Assembly (NCBI RefSeq): GCF_006345805.1
Contig: NW_021825636.1
Coordinates: 1 to 14,609, forward strand
Length of the DNA: 14,609 nucleotides
Source: Octopus sinensis
Lineage: Eukaryota
Direction: 5' to 3'
Under the pieces are notes generated by a model. The model did not search any database. It saw nothing but the letters and a program-made list of their open reading frames with translations, and was not told where the DNA came from. Position numbers and translations under genes: made by a program. This document shows positions 1 to 9,343 of the stretch, piece after piece (position 1 is the first letter of the stretch; every line of letters starts with the position of its first letter).

Positions 1-106
1 CCCAGAAACGTAATGAGACCGACAACTACATAACACTTATAAATTGTATTGAGGAACTTGTATAATGGCAGACAGGCATATCTAAGTTTCTAGTCATTCG
101 TCTACA

Positions 107-513
107 GGCGCAGGAGTGTCTGTGTGGTAAGTAGCTTGCTAATCAACCACATGGTTGCGGGTTCAGTCCCACTGCGTGGCATCTTGGGCAAGTGTCTTCT
201 GCTATAGCCCCGGGCCGACCAATGCCTTGTGAGTGGATTTGGTAGACGGAAACTGAAAGAAGTCTGTCGTATATATATATAATATATGTGTGTGTATATG
301 TTTGTGTGTCTGTGTGTTTTGTCCCCTAGCATGCTTGGACAACCGATGCTGTGTGTATACGTCCCCGCCACTTACGGTTCGGCAAAAGAGACCGATAGAA
401 TAAGTTACTGGGCCTTACAAAGAATAGTTCCGGGGTCGATTTGATCGACTAAAGGCGGTGCTCCAGCATGGCCGCAGTCAAATGACTGAAACAAGTAAAA
501 GAGTAAAAGAGTA
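107..513 (+). mobile_element. tRNA-derived SINE, family A (CORE-like central part), full length
   Basis: tRNA-like head (GGCGCAGGAGTG..TGTGTGG, B-box-like GGTTCAGTCCC), then CTTGGGCAAGTG resembling the CORE domain, an internal (TA)n(TG)n tract and a (GAGTAAAA)n tail. Three more copies lie in the window (9383-9793, 10296-10709, 11522-11922). Probably one of the described octopus SINEs (OK/OR1/OR2); I cannot assign the name without alignment. Confidence 0.9.
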
Positions 514-516
514 TGT

Positions 517-520
<4 letters not shown>

Positions 521-566
<46 letters not shown>
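521..566. repeat. (CA)n microsatellite
   Basis: Direct reading. Confidence 0.97.
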
Positions 567-567
<1 letters not shown>

Positions 568-582
568 AATATACATATATAT

Positions 583-742
583 AAATTAACAGAATGAGAT
601 AAGAAAATCCAACGCTGTGAATAGTTTTCAGAACATTTATAAAGAGAAGGTTTTACAGCTGTTTCCAGGATAAAACCTTCTCTAAATAAATGTTCTGAAA
701 AGTTTCACAGCTTTGAACATTTTTGTCACATTCTGTTAATTT
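583..742. repeat. Imperfect inverted repeat, ~72-bp arms, 15-nt spacer
   Basis: Arm 583-655 is the reverse complement of 671-742 in blocks TAAAACCTTCTCT, ATAAATGTTCTGAAAA, TCACAGC and CATTCTGTTAATTT, with mismatched blocks between. Confidence 0.88.
643..683 (-). ncRNA. Possible degenerate type I hammerhead ribozyme (CUGANGA core absent)
   Basis: Minus strand reads AGAGAAGGTTT-TATCCTG-GAAA-C-AGCT-G-TA-AAACCTTCTCT. This fits stem I 5' strand, stem II 3' strand, GAAA, short stem III with palindromic loop, GUA cleavage triplet and stem I 3' strand. CUGANGA and the stem II 5' strand are missing. Confidence 0.45.
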
Positions 743-1112
743 TATATTTATATTCATGCTAACACACAACGTACGTTGGATTCCTCATTTTTATCATTAT
801 CGAATCTGGAGCATAACTATAATCTGTCCATAGCACTTACTCACCATTACCGGACACCTTTGGGTCTTCTTGACACCAATATATGGATGGGTTTTTTTAT
901 ATTTATATATTCCCCACATAGATAACTACAGATACACACATACACACATATCGGCGGAGCAGAAAACAACATGAAGAAAAGAGAAGTGCTCAATGACGAC
1001 CCTGCATATCTGCAAACCATTGAAGGACGAGAAACAATGGCAAAAAAGAAACTGAGAACATTGATGACGCTATAAGCAGAACTGGAAGAAGGACTGCGAA
1101 CATAACTGTTCA

Positions 1113-1937
1113 TTTCAAGCGCTGCGCTGTCAACTCCCGAATGCACTCAAGCCTGCATATACAGAACGTGAAGGTACAAGAATCTCAGAGTCAGAGGCAG
1201 TGAAGGACTTAGGTATCTGTATGTGCAATGACGCATTATTTTATACGCACATTACCAAGATGGCAGCAAAGTGCAGACAATTGACAAGATGGATGCTAAG
1301 GTCTTTCAAAACAAGATACCAAGAAACTATGCTGACCATGTGGAGAGCCTTTGCTCTCAGCTGCCTGGACTACTGTTCCCAGGTATTGTCAGCAGGTTTC
1401 TAACTAACAGCGGCGTTTGAATTTGTCCAACGCTGCTCCACTAAAAAGATTGAAACAGTACAGGGATAGGCTGACAAAAGTGGAACTTTACTCCTTGGAG
1501 CGAAGGCGTGAGAGATATGCAAAAATATACATATGGAAAATTCTAGAAGGACTAATAACTAATTTCGGCATTGTGTGTTATACAAATGTGAGAACAGGGC
1601 GCCATTAAATATTTCTTTACTACCCACAAGGGGTTAAACACAGAGGGGACAAACAAGGACAGACAAAGGGATTAAGTCGATTACCTCGACCCCAGTGCAT
1701 AACTGGTACTTAATTTATTGACCCCGAAAGGATGAAAGGCAAAGTCGACCTCGGCGGAATCTGAACTCAGAACGTAACGGCAGTCGAAATACCGCTAGAC
1801 ATTTCGCCCGGCGTGCTAACGTTTCTGCCATCTCGCCGCCTTAACTGGGCGCCATTATATTTTAACAAAGGTACCATCCACTACATCTCAGGCGTGGACC
1901 AGGCACTGCAATAGTCTAGTGTTCAAAGGGCCACAGC
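1113..1937 (+). mobile_element. Decayed CR1/L2-type (Jockey group) LINE, ORF2 RT C-terminal fragment, interrupted by a SINE at 1608-1842
   Basis: Translation FQALRCQ..VKDLGI..HITKMAAKCRQLTRWMLRSFKTR..LDYCSQ..VQR..TKKI / YRDRL..LYSLERRRERY..IWKILEGL..TGRH, continuing after the SINE as YILTKVPST..RHCNSLVFKGPQ. KDLG, LDYCS and SLERRR are typical CR1-type ORF2 motifs. In-frame stop at 1401-1403 and a frameshift near 1460. Confidence 0.87.
1608..1842 (-). mobile_element. tRNA-derived SINE, family B, full length with TSD
   Basis: Minus strand starts AAGGCGGCGAGATGGCAG, has B-box-like GAGTTCAGATTCC and a central GCCTTTCATCCTTTCGGGGTC (resembles the Deu/Nin-type domain as I recall it). Flanked by GGGCGCCATTA at 1597-1607 and 1847-1857. 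Confidence 0.9.
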
Positions 1938-2060
1938 ATATGGTGGAAGAAGATGTATTCCAAAAGGAAGTAATTGTACCACTTGGGAAGTATAGTAATC
2001 TGGCTTGCTGTCGTTAAATTGTTTGCTTGAACTTCGGTTAACATGACTATAGCAGCACAC

Positions 2061-2095
<35 letters not shown>
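2061..2095. repeat. (CA)n microsatellite
   Basis: Direct reading. Confidence 0.95.
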
Positions 2096-2097
<2 letters not shown>

Positions 2098-2157
2098 CCT
2101 TCACGGCTGTGTAGATGCACCCGACAACCATCGTACTCACTAGGCTGGTTAGATGTA

Positions 2158-2448
2158 TGTATGTTCCTTCTCGAGCCATGCCTGGCTCATAAGGGCCGGT
2201 TTCCCGGTTTCTTGGCGTATAGGTTCCCCACATGGACTGGACGCTGGTCCTTCGGAGTTGAGCTGCAAGATGCAGGAGGAAAGAGTGAGAGAAAGTTGTG
2301 GCGAAAGAGTCAGCAGAGGTTTCGTCGGAGCCGCGTGGAGCTTAGGTATTTCGCTCATAAACACACACATCGTCCGATCTGAGATTCGAATCCGCGATCC
2401 CTCGACCGCGAGTCTGCTGCTCTAACCACTAGGCCATGTGCCTTCACA
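2158..2448 (-). mobile_element. tRNA-derived SINE, family C, near full length with TSD
   Basis: Minus strand head GTGAAGGCACATGGCCTAGTGGTTAGAGCAGC (A box) ..GGATTCGAATC (B box), (ACAT)n tail, 10-bp TSD GTTAGATGTA at 2148-2157 and 2449-2458. Second partial copy at 5714-5893. Confidence 0.9.
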
Positions 2449-3276
2449 GTTAGATGTACTGATTGACTATATATATAATAATATCATATAATGCGTATAA
2501 TTTTGTTGTTACTTGTTTAGCAATAACCATTTTGAAATGATGTGGATACTGCGTACAATTGCTGACGTCATAATATCTGTCTAATAAGGTTTAGCATCGT
2601 AGCTAAATTTTCGTTCGGATTTGAAAGTCTCTGTTGCATCAAAATATTAAAAGAACATAGTTTATTTATGACGTCGGGATTATATTTCAAGAAAACAGAT
2701 ACTGTCTTTAAAATATATAACGCGAAATAGAAGGGTTTAGTCAAGTGAAAACACAGAATCAACGAGAAGCAAAATTTTTTAAGTATGGCGTTGATGATAT
2801 CGAGATTGGGTGATATTTTACGCTATCAAAATGAGGACTGAATTTATAAAAGATTACTAGATTTTAAGAATAATAGTTATTAGACTCTAATTATGTTAGT
2901 CTGTGACGTATTAAAGGAAGATACAAGACTAAGAAGCTGGTATGATTAATACGAAGATGTACAAATTAAATAATACTTCTTAGTTCTGTAGAAGATATCA
3001 AGTTTAAATTTGATTGTCAGATAAATCACGTCACAGTCGCTTTGTGGAAGCGTAAAATTTTAATACTTAAATATAAGCGCATACATTCACATACATATAT
3101 ACGTGTTTGACTGTTCTTATCTGGACGTAAGATTCACCAGCAACCATAAAATATAAGTTCTATTCGAAACTAATCTGGAAGCAACATTGAAGTGATCACA
3201 CACAATGTTAAAACACAAAGGCACAAAACCATAACCATATGTACCACATCACACAAAAAAAGACGCGCATTTACTG

Positions 3277-3326
3277 ATATATATATATATATATAGGCAT
3301 ATTGACGGAAACATACAGTCTTATAT

Positions 3327-3377
<51 letters not shown>

Positions 3378-3401
3378 TATATATATATATATATATATAT
3401 T
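3277..3401. repeat. (AT)n tracts (3277-3295 and 3323-3401)
   Basis: Direct reading. Confidence 0.95.
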
Positions 3402-3609
3402 ACAGGCTGCTTCGCCGCATACCGAAGGAATTAGAAATGGCAGTCAAAGACCGTTTTTTTCCATTTTCTGTAAGTGGAGATTCCAAAAACGATTTTGTGT
3501 ATGTGAACCGCAGGGTCCTTCGTTTTTAGAATCTCCACTTACAGAAAATGGAAAAAACGGTCTTTGACTGCCATTTCTAATTCCTTCGGTATGCGGCGAA
3601 GCAGCCTGT
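3402..3609. repeat. Near-perfect long inverted repeat (foldback), 91/90-bp arms, 27-nt spacer
   Basis: 3402-3492 is the reverse complement of 3520-3609 apart from one indel (T7 vs A6) and one substitution (3484 vs 3528). Confidence 0.96.
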
Positions 3610-3751
3610 TGCTAGCCCTTTTTATTACTTTTACTATATACTGAACCTTACAAAGTTCCTGACGATGAATTTGTCATATTTACATACCGAAATTTAACGG
3701 TAATAATTGTTGGTTATATGGAAAAACCACACAAAAATTATTTACCATTTA

Positions 3752-3778
3752 TTATATATATATATATATATATATACG

Positions 3779-3809
<31 letters not shown>

Positions 3810-3910
3810 TATATATATAATATATAATGTATGTATGTATGTATGTATGTATGTATGTATGCATGTATGTATGTATGCATGTATGTATGCATGTATGTAT
3901 GTATGCATAT
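3752..3910. repeat. Compound (AT)n/(ATGT)n microsatellite
   Basis: Direct reading. Confidence 0.95.
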
Positions 3911-4078
3911 ATCATATACGAGTGTATTTTGACATGTGTTTATCTGTCCGTCTGTCTGTCTCTCTCTTTCTCGTTTCCTCCATCTTTATATACACACGCT
4001 CACAGACATGCATGTCTATTTTGGGAAATACAAACAGGTATACTTCTATACTTGTATAAGCACATAATCATACAAATA

Positions 4079-4079
<1 letters not shown>

Positions 4080-4117
<38 letters not shown>

Positions 4118-4195
4118 CTACATGTGTGTGTGATTGTGTAAGTGTTCATGTGGGTGCGCGTGTGTGTTTGTGTGTGTGTGTGTGTGTGCGCGAGT
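4080..4195. repeat. Compound (CA)n/(AT)n/(GT)n microsatellite
   Basis: Direct reading. Confidence 0.9.
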
Positions 4196-4584
4196 AAGTA
4201 TGCACATATGCATAAATCCTTCAGTGTGTGCACGTATAAAACGAAATCAAAGCTGTGTGATTCAACCATGTCTTCCCTCCTCCACATCCACAAATGCCCA
4301 TCCACCCCGACTCCGTGCGCAAAAGAAGAAGAAACTAAAACAGACTTCGATGAAGAAATACGTTGAATTGCTTGCGACAACAATAGATTTCTCTAAATAC
4401 GTTTTTGCACATATATCCTTTACCTTTTTTTAAACTTCATTCTTCATTTTTATTATTTGTTATATTTTTTGTACATTTCGAAATAAGAGGATTTTATAGA
4501 TTTAACAAAGCACTTCTAGCTCTATATCGGTTAGGTAGGTAAATGTGTATTTAGTAATATAAATGAAAGAATTCTACCTTTCAG

Positions 4585-4793
4585 ATAACGCGCGCTTACG
4601 AAGCATGTCTTTCTCTTTGAATAATTGCCGAGATTTCAATGACGCTATTGAAACGGCAGATAAAAAGCAAGATTTTCAAAGACAACTGATAGAATTCTTT
4701 AGCATCTATCAAAAATATATGAGAGACGAAATAATTAAAGCAATCACAGAAATAAAATTCTGGCAAGCAGCAGCATCATGGTTGTGGGGTTAA
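4585..4793 (+). CDS. Candidate orphan terminal exon (or 76-aa ORF from ATG at 4563), product unknown
   Basis: Non-repetitive open frame (D)NARLRSMSFSL..KFWQAAASWLWG-stop, preceded by acceptor-like TTCTACCTTTCAG at 4572-4584 (phase 1). No homology recognised and no convincing upstream exon found. Confidence 0.35.
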
Positions 4794-5056
4794 ACAGTTC
4801 TCTTCGAAAAGACGATTTCCATTGAAATCGTTATCTTGTTCAAGTGTATTTAGTCATAGCCTCGAGATGACCTATTTTTTGGTGACAAGAAAAAGGAAGA
4901 GGGAAATAACGACTAAGGTGTCTGTGAACATATCTATCTATCATCTATCTATCTATCGGAGCATAATCCTATGAACTCGGAAAATTTAAAACAGGGTTAC
5001 CTACATGGTAACAAATGCGTTAACATGTGACATTATTGACCGATGTTACCGTGGTC

Positions 5057-5310
5057 TTTTCCGTAGGCTTTTCTTTCCACGGATAAACCCTATCTGATTG
5101 CCCCTTTACACTTTACATCATGACATTTCTGTGATACACGATCCCTATTGATCTTTTCTTTTCCTTTTTTCTTTTCTTTTTTTCTTTCCCCTTTACTATT
5201 CCATTTGATCGAAAACCTACCCCAATTTCTTTTTGTCCCCATAAAGAAAAGCTCTACTTTGTAATCTGTCCCGTCTGTGTGCAGCCTTGCGTGGCTAATA
5301 AAGAAACATA
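5057..5310 (+). mobile_element. Probable non-LTR retrotransposon 3' UTR/terminus
   Basis: Pyrimidine-rich stretch ending ..GTGGCTAATAAAGAAACATA and followed by simple repeats. The last 40 nt match the 3' end of SINE B at 30/40 ungapped. The LINE assignment is inference. Confidence 0.5.
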
Positions 5311-5420
5311 TCTATCTATCTATCTACCTACCTATTTACCTATCTATCAATCAATCAATCAATCAATCAACCAATCAATCAATCTATCTATCTATCTCTC
5401 TGCCTACCTATCTCTCTATA
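5311..5420. repeat. (CTAT)n/(CAAT)n compound microsatellite
   Basis: Direct reading. Confidence 0.92.
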
Positions 5421-5429
5421 CACAAAATA

Positions 5430-5709
5430 TAATGTAATCCGTCGGTCACGACGACGAGTTTCCTGTTGGTCCGATCAACGGAAAAGCCTGCTCTTGAAAT
5501 TAACGTGCAGTGGCTGAGAACTCCACAGACATGCGTACCGTGAACGTAATTCTAAAGGAGATTCAAAACATGTGACAAGGCTGGCCGTTTGAATTACAGG
5601 TGCGACTTATTCTTGCTAGCTGAGTCGACTGGAGCAGGGGGAATTATCGTGTCTAGCACAAGGACACAGTGCGCCGCCCGGAATCGAACTCACAAACTTA
5701 TGACCATGA
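5430..5709 (-). mobile_element. tRNA-derived SINE, family D, diverged, lacking the first part of its head
   Basis: Minus strand has B-box-like GAGTTCGATTCC followed by GTGTCCTTGTGCTAGACAC, like the GTGTCCTTGRGCAAGACAC motif common after SINE heads. The A-box region is absent. Body recognised from memory as a common octopus repeat; single copy here. Confidence 0.72.
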
Positions 5710-5713
5710 AATG

Positions 5714-5893
5714 GTTGTTGTTTGTTCCTACTCGAGCCATGCCTGGCTCATAAGGGCCGGTTTCACGGTTTCTTGGCGCATAGGTTCCTCACCTGGACGG
5801 GACGCGCCGGTCCATCGCAGGTGAGCTGCAATATGCAGGAGTAAAGAGAGAGAGAAAGTGGCGAAAGAGTCAGCATAAGTTTCGCCATTACCA
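5714..5893 (-). mobile_element. SINE family C, 5'-truncated copy
   Basis: Aligns closely to about 2163-2325 (CTCGAGCCATGCCTGGCTCATAAGGGCCGGTTT..GGCGAAAGAGTCAGCA). (AAC)n-type tail; no tRNA head. Confidence 0.87.
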
Positions 5894-5894
5894 T

Positions 5895-5948
5895 TTTATA
5901 ACATACATACAAACACACACACCACACACATATATATATATATAATAT

Positions 5949-5995
<47 letters not shown>

Positions 5996-6148
5996 TATAA
6001 TATATATATGGCTAATCATTGTTTATTTTGCATATATGTTGTCTCTAATTATATATATATATACGTATATATTATAATATATATATATATTATATTATAG
6101 ATATATATATATATATATATATATATGTATTATATATATATGTATATT

Positions 6149-6188
<40 letters not shown>

Positions 6189-6312
6189 TCTATAGATATG
6201 TATATATATATACGATATATATATATATATTATATATAGATATATATAATATATATATGTGTGTGTGATGTGTGTGTGTGTCTATGTGTGTGTGTGTGTG
6301 TGTGCGTGTATA
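5895..6312. repeat. Long compound (CA)n/(AT)n/(GT)n tract
   Basis: Direct reading. Confidence 0.93.
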
Positions 6313-6819
6313 TTGAAACTTGCAAATATTCTCCTCGCATAAACACAAGGATATTAATAAGAGAGAGAATGGAAAGTGCAGCAGAGAGATATAGAGAATT
6401 AATGGTAAATGGTATTCCGAAGAATATCCTTGGAAGAGGGAGAAATTCGACCTGGAATTTCATTAACTAAATCATAATTAAGTAATCATAGAGCAAACGA
6501 TATTTCTTTCGAATCTATAATGCATGCATCAAAAGTCCTCACACATACTCTGCCGAAGGGACTACTACACATACACAAACATGTTCACAGGTAAACATAC
6601 AATCTCACAAACACAGAAGAGTATATGTGAGAGCACATGTATGCAGGTATACACACACACGTGCACACAAACACACGGACACACACACAGAGAAACATGC
6701 GCGCGCACACAAATAGATGTATACATACACGCCTATACCTGAGTCTTATTCTCTCTCTCCCCACTATCTGTACCTATGAACGTACACACATGTGAACATA
6801 TACAACATTGTTGTTGTGT

Positions 6820-6899
6820 ATACATGTATATGTATACGCCTATACCGATACATATGTATGCATATATGCATATATATATATACATACATACATACATAC

Positions 6900-6936
<37 letters not shown>

Positions 6937-7132
6937 TTTATTTATTTATGTGCGCACTTATAGAAATATGTATGTGTATTTATGATCTGTGTATATAGGT
7001 AGACATGAATATATAAGCACATATATACAGAAGTATATATGTATATATGTATATGTATATATTAATATATATATATATATATATGTATATGTGTGTGTAT
7101 GTGTAAAATATACCTATACATATATATATATA

Positions 7133-7184
<52 letters not shown>

Positions 7185-7187
7185 TAT

Positions 7188-7269
<82 letters not shown>

Positions 7270-7305
7270 TATATACATGTCTATACACACACACACAAAA
7301 CACAT
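6820..7305. repeat. Long compound (AT)n/(ATAC)n/(GT)n tract
   Basis: Direct reading; short unique bits are interspersed. Confidence 0.9.
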
Positions 7306-7904
7306 GTACATAGCGAAATAAATGAATGGATAGAACGATAGCTAGATATATAATGACACACAAATATATGAATATATTTATTGATTTTTCGCACCAATTA
7401 GTTTGACTTTAATTACTACAGAAATAGGCACGCAATCAATGATATTGCATGCGTCGCTGCTACCTCTGCCGACGCTGGTGTTCCTCTCGGCGACGCCATC
7501 GCTGCCGAGGCTGCGAAAATGGTTCTGACCTTTCGGTGATTAAAGACCAAAGCGTTCAACTGATTTAAAACCTGAAAACTTTGAAAAACTCCTTTATTTG
7601 TCTACGTTAATCTTAGCTCCACGCCGCTTTTTCGCTTTCATCCAAATCCGACCAACGACCCCATTTCGCTTTGTACATTCCTCTCTCTAACTCCTGATAA
7701 CCACGCTCTGTAACCAAACAGCCAAAACAACCAACCACAAGCCTAGCCAGCCAGCCATCGACTAACTGTTCACACACCCGCGCACACACACACACATATA
7801 TACGGCGCAAACAGACTCATACGCACAAACACACACCGACACAGATTTACAAATAGACTCCCTCACCTGAATCTTATTCCCTCTCTTCTTTTATCTCTGT
7901 CTCT

Positions 7905-8385
<481 letters not shown>

Positions 8386-8629
8386 GCAAACTTCACCGCA
8401 TACGTAATGTTCCTGTCGCCAGTGTTACGCATATACCGACATTTATCAAAGAGCATTTCATTACGGCACACCTCAGACAGCAAAGACGAACAACACACCA
8501 GCAAATAAGTCACCAACATTCTAATGTCACTAGAATCTCGTTGTCTTTTACAATCCTATTAGCACACAGAGACAAGCAGCGGAAAGCGAATGCATATACA
8601 AACACTAACACTCACCAACACGCTAGCAA

Positions 8630-8637
8630 TATATATC

Positions 8638-8672
<35 letters not shown>

Positions 8673-8737
8673 ACGTGTGCACACACACGTCCATAATATA
8701 TATACATATATATATATATATTATATATATATTATAT

Positions 8738-8793
<56 letters not shown>

Positions 8794-9130
8794 TTGATAC
8801 TTTGATAGGTTTCGGCCATTATTGGCCCAGGCCATGTCTAACTTAATAGCACCACCTGGTAATATATATATATATATATATATAGATATATATATATATA
8901 TACATCCGTATATCTGTGTGTGTGCACGCGTGTCTGTGTATGTGTGTGTGTGTTTTTGACTCTTTGCCTGAATGTGTATGAACACATGCGTGTATCTCTA
9001 TAGTACTGTGTGTGTGTGTGTGTGTGTATATGTGAGTTCATTTTCAGGTAATGCGTTTGTTTGTCCATAGTCCGTTAATTAAACGCCTTTTGCGTATGAA
9101 TGTGTGAGAGTACTGTGTGTGTGTGTGCAC
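8630..9130. repeat. (AT)n/(GT)n tracts with a unique island at 8793-8860
   Basis: Direct reading. Confidence 0.88.
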
Positions 9131-9343
9131 GCGCGTCTACGTATGCATAACTATATATGAGCCAACGCATGTGGAGGTGATGTACCAAAAAAGAAAGAAA
9201 AAAAATGGAATAAAAAGGTAAAAAAAAAAAAAAACAGAATTTCGTGGCGTGACTTCTTTTCATTAGACAACACGATATTTTCATTAAGCTGCAACGACGA
9301 CGCACGCATGCGACAGGGTTTTATGGTTTCGTGTTGGGTCTTT

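Noticed and set aside
102-371. ORFs overlapping SINEs (102-371, 2149-2425, 9402-9851, 11428-11756)
   Set aside because: They lie in tRNA-derived SINE copies; the similar peptides in different ORFs reflect SINE homology, not a gene family.
3660-3712. CTGACGA..CGAAA spacing suggestive of a hammerhead core
   Set aside because: I could not build convincing stems I, II and III or a NUH site in register.
4286-4366. Possible upstream exon (MSSLLHIHKCPSTPTPCAKEEETKTDFDEEI) for the 4585 acceptor
   Set aside because: The only phase-compatible donor I saw (AC|GTTGAA) is far from consensus.
3718-4433. ORF-track entries rich in YI/VC/HT/MYVC dipeptides (also 6230-7321, 8044-9068, 10434-10779, 13860-14570)
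   Set aside because: Translations of (AT)n, (GT)n, (CA)n, (ATGT)n and (CTAT)n microsatellites; no coding signal.
4819-4838. 8-bp stem hairpin ACGATTTC-CATT-GAAATCGT as a Helitron 3' end or terminator
   Set aside because: No CTRR terminus at the expected distance, and short AT-rich stems arise by chance.
6320-6463. Hydrophobic minus-strand frame (RIFFGIPFTINSLYLSAALSILSLINILVF) resembling a transmembrane exon
   Set aside because: Poor polypyrimidine tract, no good donor, no recognisable family; CT-rich sequence gives hydrophobic frames by chance.
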